A DNA stretch of 62,785 nt, filler included, from Dugesia japonica (GCA_001938525.1; 7 parts of 7 records of this genome joined end to end with filler, not necessarily neighbours in it); one strand, 5' to 3'. Counted from the whole stretch's first letter, positions 39,935 through 52,937 are shown. Translations and numbers: made by a program. The notes: a model not told the origin generated them from the sequence alone.

Positions 39935-40229
39935 NNNNNNNNNNNNNNNNNNNNNNNNNNNNNNNNNNNNNNNNNNNNNNNNNNNNNNNNNNNNNNNNNN
40001 NNNNNNNNNNNNNNNNNNNNNNNNNNNNNNNNNNNNNNNNNNNNNNNNNNNNNNNNNNNNNNNNNNNNNNNNNNNNNNNNNNNNNNNNNNNNNNNNNNNN
40101 NNNNNNNNNNNNNNNNNNNNNNNNNNNNNNNNNNTAATAATTATAATAATAATAATAATTATAAAATAGTTTTTTAAAAGAACAGATTTTAAAGTTTTTA
40201 TCTTTAAAAACGGAATTTAGTAAAATCAA

Positions 40230-41287
40230 AATTATATTTAAAATTATATTATATATTTTCATAACTCTAGTAACTTTTCAGGAACATAGAGTAAATATTT
40301 AGAAATAATTACATGATATTAGGTAACTCTTTAAAAATATTTTAAGGACCTCTGATACCTTTTTACAAACGTTACCGAATCTCTGGTAACATTTTGAAAT
40401 ATTTTACGGATATCTAGTAAATCTTTCAGTTATTTTCTCTATGTTTTACATGCGAATTTGAAAATGTTTGTGACATATAGTAACTTTTAGAATGAATTAC
40501 CAGATCTCTGGTAAATCTTTTGAAATAGTTACATGACATCTAGTAACCTTTCATTGAAATATATGTAATTTTAAAAGAATTAAATAATAAGCTCATATAA
40601 ATGTATAAAGTTACTCTATAAAAACCTATAATTACCTTATAAAACATATATAATAAACCCGATAAAAGCATAATAAGAACATATGAAACCCTATATTTAC
40701 TCTATAAAAATCTTATATTTCTTATAAAATCCGTATAAAAAGCAATATAATAACAAATTAAACCATATAAATACCATATAAATACCTTAAAAAAACATAG
40801 AAAACCCTATTAAAAGATATAAAACCCATCAATCATATAAACCTCAATTATAACTATATATTTACCTTATAAAATCTTATAATGATTCTAATTACTTTAG
40901 AAATCCATATTATAACCATATAAGTCCCATATAAATACCTTATAAAAATACTTTATGTAATTACCTTATTTAACCATATAAAACCCTATTAAACCATACA
41001 AAAACCATATTAAAACATATCAAACCCTATAAAACTCTATTTAATTCATATACTCCCCATATATATACCATATGAAACCCCATAGTTACCCTTTAAATTT
41101 CTACAAAATTACATAAAATCTTTATTTTTGCTTATTAATCGACCTTTTGTATACTTACAATCATACTTGCAAACCTATAATGTCTTTGTTAACTTGCACA
41201 AGTATGATTCATGCTCTTTGTTCGAGTTGTAATCGTGTTGCAATGTCTTTGTTTGACTTTGTATAGATATGGTTTGTTGTGCGTGAA
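40230..41287. repeat. Second copy of the AT-rich composite repeat, lying between the foldback arms
   Basis: Colinear with about 36390-37487. Confidence 0.8.
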
Positions 41288-41665
41288 AATCTCAAGGTCA
41301 AATTCTCAATTTCGAATGTTTAAGGTCAGTGATCTAGTATACTTGATTCTGATCGGTTGAAAATTCGAGGTCAAAGTGACTTAGTTTACTCGATTCAGAT
41401 TAGTTGAACTAATTCAAGGTCAAATTTTCAAGGTCAGAATGATTTAGTATACTCAGTTCTGATTGGATTAATATTTGAAGGTCAAATGAATGTATACCAA
41501 TGACATTTCCATGACAATCTTTATTATGCCAATGTCAACTATTATCCGGACAGACTTAATAATAAAGTTCTCCGGCAGACTTAATATTAAAATTTTCCTT
41601 GCAGGCATAATATTTAAATTTCCAGCACAGACTTATTATTAATAATTTTTTGTTTTATGGTTTCA
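41288..41665 (-). repeat. Right arm of the foldback element (TCAAGGTCA-rich)
   Basis: Reverse-complement similarity to 39450-39934. Confidence 0.7.
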
Positions 41666-42317
41666 ATATAATAATAATANNNNNNNNNNNNNNNNNNNNN
41701 NNNNNNNNNNNNNNNNNNNNNNNNNNNNNATTTAAAATTATATTATATATTTTCATAACTCTAGTAACTTTTCAGGAACATAGAGTAAATATTTAGAAAT
41801 AATAACATGATATTAGGTAACTCTTTAAAAATATTTTAAGGACCTCTGATACCTTTTTACAAACGTTACCGTTATTATTAATAATAATAATAATAATAAT
41901 AATAATTATAATAATGATAATAATAACTGCTAGGTGAGATTGAAGTACTCGTCGGATAATTAATGTCAAAACGTATTTCCATAAAAGATTTATTAACAAA
42001 ACAAAACTATATCCAACACTATTTGTTTATTCAAAGAAATTAAAATTCTCTATTATTTTTATCTATGTGATTATTTTTCAAACATTAAAATTTTAAACAA
42101 AATTTTTACTTCATTANNNNNNNNNNNNNNNNNNNNNNNNNNNNNNNNNNNNNNNNNNNNNNNNNNNNNNNNNNNNNNNNNNNNNNNNNNNNNNNNNNNN
42201 NNNNNNNNNNNNNNNNNNNNNNNNNNNNNNNNNNNNNNNNNNNNNNNNNNNNNNNNNNNNNNNNNNNNNNNNNNNNNNNNNNNNNNNNNNNNNNNNNNNN
42301 NNNNNNNNNNNNNNNNN

Positions 42318-42353
<36 letters not shown>

Positions 42354-42368
42354 TAATACATCTCTTTA

Positions 42369-42456
42369 TCTAAATGAGTAATTTTAAAACTATTTATAAT
42401 ATTGGGTAATATAAACCTTTAAATATTTTTGGGTAATTTACTTAATATATATTTTT

Positions 42457-42493
<37 letters not shown>

Positions 42494-42676
42494 TAACTTT
42501 TTAAAATTATTAAGTAACCTATATCTTTTTATTTCCATTGAGTTACTCAATAAAATAAATAGTTTTGGATTATTTTAAAATTATAACTTGTTTAAATTAT
42601 TGAGTAACTTATAACTTTTTATTTCTTTTGATTTACTCAATATAATTTACTCAGTAGAATAAGTTACTCATTTAGA
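42369..42676. mobile_element. MITE-like element with 13-bp inverted ends
   Basis: TCTAAATGAGTAA at 42369 and its exact reverse complement at 42664-42676. Internal TTGAGTAAC/TTACTCAA subrepeats. Confidence 0.45.
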
Positions 42677-42727
42677 CATGTTCTTTTATTTTAAATTTTT
42701 TTTTAAAAATTTTTATTATTAGTAAAA

Positions 42728-42758
<31 letters not shown>

Positions 42759-42835
42759 TGAGTGTTAGAACCGATATTTTCAATCCTGTTGGTGTTACTG
42801 TGTATAAACAAACCAAGAAATTATTATATTTTAAA

Positions 42836-43267
42836 ATGGCGAAATTTCAAAAATTTGTAGTTGATCAGATAAAAAGTATTCCTAAAATGAAAATAGTTAA
42901 ATAAACAAAAAAGCGTATTGTAAAAAAGATAAAGTGTGGAAAGAGGCAACAAAATAAACAGTTGAACATTTTTAAGAAACTAGCGAAACTGTATGGTAAG
43001 AAAATGACGAGCGTAAACGGACAATTTCCAACATTTGTTACGGATGATTTAATTGAAATTATTGTAAATATTGTTCGCGGAAATGTAAATGTGAATAATG
43101 CTAAAAAGGAAGTATTGAAAAAACATAAAAGAACGCTACTAACGCTTGTAAATACAAAAAATAAGAAATTGATGAGGCGAGTAATACGAGATAATCAAGA
43201 AGGTGGCTTTATAGCAGCATTACTACCAATTGCATTAGCAGCACTAGGATTAATTCATTTCAAATAA
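42836..43267 (+). pseudogene. Polinton/adintovirus small basic protein ending QxGGF plus hydrophobic tail (one premature stop near 42902)
   Basis: NIVRGNV...KKEVLKKHKRTL...QEGGFIAALLPIALAALG matches the conserved Polinton ORF pattern N.LxGNV....K..L..YK..LR...QxGGFL..LL. Confidence 0.75.
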
Positions 43268-43359
43268 ACAATTGATTTCGCCACAGTACTATTATAAACT
43301 CATTCCAAATAAAAAATGGGCGGTTTACATTCAATACCTAATTTTGATTTCAAATTTTC

Positions 43360-43562
43360 ATAAAATTGATGTAATCGGCAAACTGAAGACGATATGGACG
43401 GACGCAGAAAATCCCGTAGATTTTCGTGGCGTAAAAAAATTGATGAAAGCAGCACAAAAAACAAAAACAAAGACAAAAAAGTGGTTATCGGGTCAACTGG
43501 CTTACAGTTTGAACAAACCAATGTTGAAAAGATTTCCAACAAGAGCATATAAAACGTTTGGT
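43360..43562 (+). pseudogene. Polinton integrase N-terminus
   Basis: LKTIWTDAENPVDFRGVKKL...KKWLSGQLAYSLNKPMLKRFPTR resembles LxxIYYDPxNPxSFxGVxKL...WLxxQxAYTLHKPxRxxFxR. Confidence 0.8.
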
Positions 43563-43959
43563 TTTCTTTTATCACTAAATGCAGCTTTTTAAAGATAATT
43601 GAAGTGGGGTCTATGAAAATATGAAGCAGAAATATGCAATTAATTCAATAGTTAATAGAAATAATATGGCTAAAAAGGGGTAAATATAGTTAAACAAATA
43701 AATAAGTAAGGGTAAATAATGGAAAAATGGCTAAATGAAGGGAATATGGCTAAAGAATGGTAAATCAGGAAAATATGTGAAATGATGGAAAATGATTTAC
43801 ACATGGAAGAAAATCCCACTGCAACATACCGTAGTATTCACTACTTGTGTGATGACGGGGAAGGAAATAATGGTAAAAAACCATCAGAAATAGCGAATAT
43901 CAGCATAACCCGATGTTCAAGGTGTACAATCCAAACATCGTATCTTATAAAATAACAAC

Positions 43960-44987
43960 AACCAATGAAATAAAAATAACAATACCTCATTTTTAAATTG
44001 GATCAAAGCTTGGCAATACTTATGACGAATCTATACAAAATCCGAAAGGAAGTATAAATTCTAAGGGCCGAACAATGAGAAAGAAGATCAATGGGTTGAA
44101 AATCGGTTNNNNNNNNNNNNNNNNNNNNNNNNNNGTAGAAAAGAAAATTCAAATTGAGTGAGAAGTAAAAGATAACATTTTAAATGACCTCATGATCATG
44201 TTCAGTACAGAAGAGAACAATATACAAAGGTAGTGTAGAAATCGGTAAGACCAGAACAAACGGACTAGGATTCTTAATAACCAGCAAATTTCAAATGCAA
44301 TATGATATCAAGTTCAATGTCATAAACGACATAATATCAACAATTGACTTGGCAAATAAACGCAAAAACAACAATAATCAAATCAACAAACTCGTAGTAT
44401 GTTATGCATCAACAGAATGCAATAGCACAGAAAGTGAGATAAAAAATTTCCATGATAAACTTGCAGCCGTAACCAAAAGAACAAAACGACAATCATTAGA
44501 GGAGATTTCAACTGCAGCATCTGAAGAGAAAACACTAATGTATAAGTAATGAATTAAAAGTAATTAAAACTTAATGAATTAATCAAAGAGATAATAAGAG
44601 CAAGAGATAAAGAAGCACATACTAAATATGGAGTAACCATGCAAGTCATCAGCGATAAAGAACTACCAAGCCATTTCAAAGAACTATTCAAAAATCAAGA
44701 AAGAACAACTGAAGCACCAAATAGTAACTAACTAGAAAATACAAGCCAAAAAAACAAAGAGGATAATAACGAATCACCAACGAAAAAGGAAATCACTGAG
44801 GCAATTAACGAACCTAAAAATAACAAAGCGCCTGGAGAGAGCGGAATACCAGCTGATGCCTACAAATATGGAAAGACAGAAATACTAGAAAGAATGTACA
44901 AAGATCTCAAAACCATATGAACTGGAAAAGATGAATTCTCAAAAGAGTGGAGAAACACAGGAGTAAAGATCCTATACAAAGGCAAAA
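43960..44987 (+). mobile_element. RTE-like LINE remnant (APE endonuclease and RT start)
   Basis: VVCYASTE...EIKNFHDKL and PTKKEITEAINEPKNNKAPGESGIPADAYKYG...EWRNTGVKILYKGK. Confidence 0.8.
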
Positions 44988-45219
44988 NNNNNNNNNNNNN
45001 NNNNNNNNNNNNNNNNNNNNNNNNNNNNNNNNNNNNNNNNNNNNNNNNNNNNNNNNNNNNNNNNNNNNNNNNNNNNNNNNNNNNNNTTTTTTGAATAATA
45101 ATAATTGTTAGAATAGATTAATGACAAAATGAAATTTGGCGTATCAACGGAAATTCATTTAAAACAATATTTTCTTAAAATAATTTGAAAATAATTAAAA
45201 CTAAATTATTAAAAAGATA

Positions 45220-45319
45220 NNNNNNNNNNNNNNNNNNNNNNNNNNNNNNNNNNNNNNNNNNNNTTAATTAATTAANNNNNNNNNNNNNNNNNNNNNNNNN
45301 NNNNNNNNNNNNNNNNNNN
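45220..45319. other. Artificial 100-bp contig linker
   Basis: N44-TTAATTAATTAA-N44. Confidence 0.95.
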
Positions 45320-45528
45320 CGTTATCTCCTGCTGTAGTTCTAGTTCTTTTATCCTTCGCACGAATTTTAGCCTTCTAGTACCATTTTGGTTTTTGTCATT
45401 CTTCTCTCTAACTAGATTATGGCCTTCATGGGTCTGATTTCTTCATTTTCTTTTCTTATGTGGATTTTTCAAATTTCGTGCTTACTTACGCCATTCTATT
45501 TGCCTTAATCCGGTGTTTTACCCCAACA
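45320..45528 (-). mobile_element. LTR terminus inserted into a Gypsy RNase H coding region
   Basis: The RNase H frame ...CSHFKHFL is interrupted by TGTTGGGGTAAAACACCGG. Same family as 1-72. Confidence 0.6.
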
Positions 45529-46603
45529 TAAAAAGTGTTTAAAGTGGCTGCAGAAGCAGTAGGTTGCTAGTAATTCATTCTGGGTAAAACAGTAGCCTTT
45601 ATTATGTGATGACATTGCATGTGAGCCGTAAGCAATAACTCTTTCTCTTCCATCATAATTTTGTGATAAGACCGCTTTTATTGCGTCGAAGCTGGCTTCA
45701 GTATCTAAAGTAAATGTTTTCTTGATATCCAGGAATTCTAGAATAGGTGCTTTTATTAGTGCTTGTTTCATTTCTGCGTAAGCTTTCTCACATTCATCTG
45801 ACCATATTAGCTTCGTACTGTTGCTTCCACATAATTCTTCAAGGGCTCTTGATTTCTTTGAATGATTCTTAATGAATCTCCTGTAATAATTGCATATTCC
45901 GAGGAAGCTTCTCAGGCTCTTTACTCATTTTGGTTTCTCAAAATTATTGATTGCTTCGATTTTAATTGGATCTGTTCGAATTTCTTTATCTATTATGTGA
46001 CCAAAAAATTTCACTTCTTTGCGTAATAAGTGATCTATTTCTGAATTCACTTGAAGCCCTGTCTTTGGATCCATTCTAATACCTGACCTAGAATTTTATA
46101 ATGCTCTTTTTATATTATGCTTTTTTAAATAAATGTGTTCATTCATTCTTTTGTATTTTAAAGCTTCCTCCAAGTCTTGCATAGTCTTTTTGTGGAGCGC
46201 TTTCCTCAGTCGGTCCTCAAAATCTACTAATTCAACTTGGCATTCACATGGTTCTCTTAATTCTCGATCAATTAAGCCAACCACCAAGAGGTTTTTATCC
46301 TTTTTCTTACACCAATTCATTCGAAGTATGTGTTGCAAACATTGATAAACTGTTCAATATTATCACCATGCCGGTAAATTCCAGGGTGTAGAACTTCTTG
46401 AATGTAGTCCATTGAAGAGTTGGTCGCCATGTTATTTACTGATAAACTTTCTGAAAAGTCAACAAAATTTTATTATTGAAATTCCAAATCTTCAAATCTT
46501 AAAAATCTAATTTTTAAAGGCTGAATATTTAAACAAAGTTGTTTAAATATTTTTAAAAAATTCTTGAAATCATTTTAAGCTTTTGCCATTTCAATTTTTA
46601 ACA
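45529..46603 (-). mobile_element. Internally deleted Gypsy element: 174-bp LTR (46430-46603), PBS, gag start, RT/RNase H
   Basis: TGT...ACA LTR followed by PBS-like TGGCGACCA (46421-46429). Gag ATG at 46412 (MDYIQEVLHPGIY). LRSFLGICNYYRRFI and FTLDTEASFDAI...VIAYGSH. Confidence 0.85.
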
Positions 46604-47249
46604 ACTGAACCAGACATCTCTAACTCTACAACATATACCTTTGTGGACACTAAATCCAAGATCAGAAGTAAGTTTTTTAGAAAGACTAAATTCAAATAAA
46701 TCAATTTATGCAAATAATTTAAATGGAATTTGTTCTGTAATTGATATGGGTGATGAATCAACTTATTCATTCAAATTAGAAAATTTAGCTTATAGACCTA
46801 GATACATTTTAATTGGTTTTAAAGATACAGATATTTCTTTTCAAAAGAATAATAACTTAGTTATAGTTAAAGACGGAATTAATAGTTAAAAATCCATACA
46901 AATACAGTTAAACAATACATTTGATCGAGTTAACAGAATGGAGTTTAATGTATCAAATAGCGAAATAATATTTTCTTTTGGTTCATTTGTAAATTGTTGT
47001 AAAGATTTTTAATTCAAGCCACAACGTAGTTTATAAGATTTTAAATATATATATCCAATTTTTTGTATTGATACGTCAGTACAAGACAATAAATTAGCGA
47101 TAAATGATGTTGATGTAAATTTACATTGTACAAAAGATACATGTTTTAAAGCTAAATTATACTGTTTAATTCTTGAAGNAAAGAAAATTTAAATGAGGTT
47201 AAGTGGAGACAAGATATGTATAATAGAAAATGTTAGAGGAGACGCATAA
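46604..47249 (+). pseudogene. Polinton major capsid protein (double jelly-roll) C-terminal part
   Basis: FLERLNSNKSI...RPRYILIGF...IQIQLNN...YPIFCIDTSVQ, typical of the Polinton MCP C-terminus (KPRYxIxGFQ, PxFxIDxSxQ). Confidence 0.65.
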
Positions 47250-47367
47250 ATTTTTATAAATAAATGAATAAATATAATTCATGATTTAAACGAAATAAAA
47301 AGTCCTTCATTTAAAGAAAATATTTAAAGAGCTTTAGTTAAATTAACTATGGAAGGTAAAATTTTAG

Positions 47368-48050
47368 TTGGATGAGGATTATATAGACCTGCTAAAAAAT
47401 AAAGCCAATCAAAAGATTATTGAACAGGCTTCGCAAGAAAGCATAGAAAAAGATAAAGATAATAATACTAAAATTATTGAAACTCAAGAAAATCAAATAA
47501 ATTATGCAGCTGAATTACATCACGAATATAGAAAGACTAAAATATTTTTAAAAGTACAAATACATAATAAATATCACACATGGGAATGTGATATTGCGAA
47601 TATGGTTAAAAATCTACTGATCAAGAAAAGTTTCGTTATATTTTAGTTTGTATTAGTTTATACACAAAAGATATGATTTTGTATTCCAATGATAAATAAA
47701 AGTCAAGAATCTTTAAGAGAAACTTTTGATAATATATTTGAAGATAAAATAGAATATCTCATTATATTTGGTTCGATAAAAAATCAGCAATAAAATCAAA
47801 ATATTTTGAAAAATTTCTAAATTAAAATAATATTAAATGAATGCAAATCAGTTTTTGCTGAAAGATTAATATAAACCTTGAAAAATAAAATGTTTGAATT
47901 TTTTACATCACTTGGAAAACAGTGTTGAAATGAAACATTATTAGATAAAATAGTTATTGAACATAATAATAAATCAATTCATTCAAAAATTAAGCTATCA
48001 CCGAAGGAAGCTTCAGAAAATCCTGAGAAAATAAAAATAGATAGATTCCA
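47368..48050 (+). pseudogene. Polinton retroviral-like integrase
   Basis: AAELHHEYRK...HTWECDIANM...RYILVCI...IWFDK...FAERLI.TLKNKMF...HNNKSIHSKIKLSPKEAS. Frameshifted. Confidence 0.85.
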
Positions 48051-48170
48051 TATCTCATAATAACAAGGAAAATATTAAACTCACATAACACAGTATCAAG
48101 TGTAGTAAATAATTTATTTAAATCGTCGATATACAACAAAAGAACTTAAAAAAATGAAATCAATCCTCGT

Positions 48171-48338
48171 TTAGATCCACTTTCCCTTCGGGTGGAAACA
48201 TTTCCGCGAGACAACAAAGGTCTCGTCGGGGTGTTCAATTTTTCCTTTCGTCAATAGATGGGCGACGAGTTGTTTTAAGCGAGTAGATTGCCGTCGTCGT
48301 CTTATCCATAGGAGGATATGATTCAACTCGGCTGACAT
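48171..48338 (-). CDS. Orphan ORF A (55 aa), paralog of 51218-51364
   Basis: MSAELNHILLWIRRRRQSTRLKQLVAHLLTKGKIEHPDETFVVSRKCF. About 29/48 identities by eye to the inverted copy, with many synonymous differences. Confidence 0.45.
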   Translation of the reverse strand: MSAELNHILLWIRRRRQSTRLKQLVAHLLTKGKIEHPDETFVVSRKCFHPKGKWI

Positions 48339-51217
48339 GACTAAATAGAAAAAATGGAGCTTTAAATCATAACCCGGGGTTCATTTTCTAAGATAGATAT
48401 ATAACGTTTTACTAGAAATCGCTGATAGGATGACTCGCTCCAACAATCGTGATATTAATTCATGGAATAAGTTCAATTTAGTCCCCGANNNNNNNNNNNN
48501 NNNNNNNNNNNNNNNNNNNNNNNNNNNNNNNNNNNNNNGACGAGTTGTTTTAAGCGAGTAGATTGCCGTCGTCGTCTTATCCATAGGAGGATATGATTCA
48601 ACTCGGCTGACATGACTAAATAGAAAAAATGGAGCTTTAAATCATAACCCGGGGTTCATTTTCTAAGATAGATATATAACGTTTTACTNGAAATCGCTGA
48701 TAGGATGACTCGCTCCAACAATCGTGATATTAATTCATGGAATAAGTTCAATTTAGTCCCCGAGGTCAAATCAAGATGGTAGCAATATTTCTAACATTCG
48801 TCATGTTGATAGTAAAACAACGCGCTATTGATTTTTCTAATAACGTTAATAGTAATTGTAGGGGTATTGCGAGTCATATTTCTGTATCTGGTAATGATAA
48901 CAATAGAAATTGATGATCGATTTATTTCGGGATTTACTGATATTTAAGATGTTACTAATCCTCGTTACCGATTGTTTTCCCGTAACCCCAAGATGAGTAC
49001 TCCTAAGAATAGCATCAGAAATTTTAATAACACCAGTAGAGATAATATTAAAATTACTCAAAATAATAATCGTTTTACTTAATAATAAAATTAAATACTC
49101 TCGGGTTTTACGGGGTTTGATTTTCTGCACATTGTGGTTACTTAGGAACCTGCCTGTATGTATCTCACTATGGAGATTAAATTATGCGTGTGCCAGATCA
49201 TCCAGTTGTAGGCGTGTTTAGTTGGAAATTTAAGCATAAAATCAATATGATGATTCAACTATTAGTGACAATAATTATTGCGCCCTCATGCTAACTACAA
49301 TTCCTAGTTCTAGCGTGATATTTTTATTTTCTGGAGAAATTATGATAACTAATTCTACACTGGGTAGGATTATCAAATCTTTATTAGTGGATTTTAACCA
49401 ACAACAGCAGGAGTCTCTTTTTCACGGACATTCCCGGATTTACTTACAAGCTGAATTATTCTAGGTAATTTATCATTTTCTGATGAAATAAATATTTAGA
49501 ATTACGGTGGTTTTCTTTTTAATTCTAATAATTGTTTTGATTGGTATATTTTCTAACGGTATGGTCACAAGCTAAGGAAAACAATCCGATCTAACTTTCG
49601 TTTTAAATATGAATCTTCGTAATATTACTCAAAGGGAATTGGGCCTGATCACACTATTTTCCAGTATATAACCTATTTCATACAATGAGGGAAATTAAAG
49701 GTTTTCTGCAACGGGTTTCTTTCCTTCGAATAGCTATTACCGAGTTGGCGATTCCGGATCTGAGACTGAGATTTTGAATTCTATTATATTTTGTTCCTTG
49801 AACGAAAGAAGTTTACTCACAATGTGAATAGAAATTTAATTTACTATAATTCTTTGGAATTCTAATTGAGTTTTACGGTTCACACAGAGATTTTTACAGA
49901 ATTTTCTTCTTATGAATATGCAACAGTCAGGGCTTAGTTTGAAGTTTTAAAATTTGTGTTGTTTTTTCTGCTAAAACTAAGGGTCCTTTTATAGGGTTTT
50001 CCGATGCAACTCGGTATCATTCTTATTGGGGGGTATTTTTGTATCAAAATACTGGTATCTCATTGGCGCTAGTGCCACAATTCGAGAATTTTCACAGAGT
50101 TTTAGAGCTCTGATTGGTAAGTATTTTTAGAGGGCCATGTGATGGTTCTTTCTTTGTGTTATTTTTATTTTTAGGCCTCCTATTCATTCAATCTTGTGGA
50201 CCCTACAGCAGCCTTCTGGATGAGCGTAAGTTTTTCCTTCTTAGCAATTTTAATGCATCTTGTTGTTCTCTTTTCATATTTTCTTCTCCGGGTTCTTTCN
50301 NNNNNNNNNNNNNNNNNNNNNNNNNNNNNNNNNNNNNNNNNNNNNNNNNCATCTTGTTGTTCTCTTTTCATATTTTCTTCTCCGGGTTCTTTCCGATTTC
50401 CTTGAGCGAAGTTATTCGGGTAAGACGGATTTTGTCTTAATTTTAATTAATTTTTTTGTTGAATTAATTATTATTTTTTTTTATATTCATTCCTTCTTTT
50501 GTTACCCATTTTCTTTAATAATTTTATTAATTTTGCGATTATTATAATTATTCGTATTTGATTTGGTCTTCTGAATTTCCATTTAATATCATTGTCTGGA
50601 TTTTTCCTCCGGTAATCTCTATTTTAATATTGGGTAATTCCTAGCCCCCCTTTGACTTTGCTTCTCATTCCTCCGGGTGTTTCGCCCCAACATTATTATT
50701 AGAGTCATTGTTATTGTTGTTGCTATTATCATTATTAGCAACATTAAAATTAATATTACTCACATTACTATAGTGATTAATATCATTATTAATAAAATAA
50801 TTACCCATCATTATCACCCTAACATTTTTGGGACTACTTTCCTCCTTAGATTAGTGAAAGGTATTATTGTCGCCTTTATTAGCATAATTTTGTATAACAT
50901 TATTATTAGCATCAGTCTGAAGATTCATTCTCACCAGTTTAGTAAAAANNNNNNNNNNNNNNNNNNNNNNNNNNNNNNATTATCATTATTATAATCAAAT
51001 ATATTATTACTATTAAAACCATTGATAGTAGCGTAATAACTATTCTTATTTTTCTTAATAAGGGTATTATGATCATAATGGATATTATTCGGTTGATTTA
51101 ATCTTTTTATTGTGACGAGAATCATATGAATAATAACAGATAATAGCGGCTATTCTTTGTAGGGAACTAAAGTGTGGANTAATAAGTGCGATTAATGNCT
51201 TAATTGTTTTTTAATTC

Positions 51218-51364
51218 ATGCCCGCGGAGTTGCGTCGTACCCTTCGATGGATAAAACAACAACGCCAAACTGCCCGAGTAAGGTAACTACTAGCTCATCT
51301 ATTAACTAAAGGGAGGATCGAGCATCCAGATGAGACAGACCTTTGTTGTTTTACCGAGATGTTC
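51218..51364 (+). pseudogene. Orphan ORF B (one stop, 4-bp insertion), paralog of 48171-48338
   Basis: MPAELRRTLRWIKQQRQTARVR*LLAHLLTKGRIEHPDETFVVLPRC; runs into an N gap. Confidence 0.5.
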
Positions 51365-52049
51365 NNNNNNNNNNNNNNNNNNNNNNNNNNNNNNNNNNNN
51401 NNNNNNNNNNNNNNNNNNNNNNNNNNNNNNNNNNNNNNNNNNNNNNNNACGTTTTTCTTTTTATATTAGAATAACTATTTATATAAATTTTTCATTATAT
51501 CATAATGCTGATTTCTATGAATCTCATGCCAATTATTCTCACTTTTTACTTAGAAATAAAATCTATATGGGAGCAAATAATAGATAGGAGGACTCGCAGA
51601 GTGATTTTCCGTCGCCACTATAACCTACATAATAGAGATGCCGGTATTTTAGTGTATAGGTCTAATTTACCCCCCGTGGCTCGCATTCAGAATTTCGGCG
51701 AGTGGGTACATTTCCAACAATGGAACGAACACTTACCACGGTATTTAATTACCAACCGCTCGCTCCTCCCCCGGTGGTACAAGCTTTCATCTCCAATTTA
51801 ATCTGGGGTGTGAGAGAGCCGTCCGGTGTTAGCGAGATCGAGAACACCGCTCCTAATGTTGAAAATACTATGAACCCACAATAAAATATTTTTCTTGTTG
51901 ATTGTCTATTTAAAACAATAAATAAGTGACTCTTTTATGTTAATTTGCTTCATTTCAATGTGTATTTTTCAATGGAAACTTCTATTCCACATTAATATGA
52001 GGATGTATTTTTTGAGCATAGTGTATTCTATTGATTATAATTATAAACG

Positions 52050-52937
52050 CCTAGTGCATTCCTCTTTGAATCGACCTGCAGCTCTCACGAAAAAATTGAG
52101 AGACATCAGTAAGGACATGGAGCTCACTTGGGACCTATATCGACTGGCAAAACGTCGATGGGAGGCCGAGATGGCCACTGCCAACAGTAAGGTGATTCGT
52201 TATAAGAAAAAGTGTGTCACTTTCAAAAAGGAAGCCGAGGCCTCTCACTTGCAGGAGCAAACCTGGAAGAAACAGGTTGAGTCTTTTGCGTAAGTTATTC
52301 GGTCCAGCCATGACCAAGAGAAAAAACTGGTTAATGATATTTTACTTCTCCAGGAAAGAATACCTCTCGAACCGTTGATAATCCAAACATCAAACACATC
52401 GAAACTAACTCACAGTTTTTTTTTTGTAAATAAATTTGCCGTTCAGCCTTTCTTACGCATCATCTTTCCCAATAGCATTCGCAGGTGCCACCGCATAATG
52501 CGCCGTCTGCTGGTTGAGCGCCATCTAAAGCGGAAAACCGATAAAGCTCTGCTTAGACATCTGAACCAACGAGATCGTATAATTAAGAAGCTTGACCACA
52601 TTGTGAAAAAAAATGACCTAGCGGCGCAGACAAAGGCCTTAGAGGAGGAAAGTAAACTATTATTACAAAGGAAAATCGATTTCNNNNNNNNNNNNNNNNN
52701 NNNNNNNNNNNNNNNNNNNNNNNNNNNNNNNNNCAGACAAAGGCCTTAGAGGAGGAAAGTAAACTATTATTACAAAGGAAAATCGATTTCCTCAAACAAT
52801 ATATATCCGACCGGTCATGTAAATTAAGAAACCCTACCTAGGTTCAATGGGACGACAACAACGATGTCGCCACCTTCAATTTTTCGATAACTGATCCGGA
52901 CCAGTGGTTAGACCGTGGCGTACTAGCCGAGTTATAA
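52050..52937 (+). pseudogene. Unidentified coiled-coil reading frame with few stops
   Basis: ORFs 51937-52293 and 52375-52749 are in the same frame, separated by one TAA. K/E/R/L-rich helical sequence, GC-richer than the flanks. Confidence 0.5.

Noticed and set aside
50677-50994. Ile-rich membrane-like ORF on the plus strand
   Set aside because: It is the antisense shadow of an Asn-rich (AAT-rich) frame on the minus strand.
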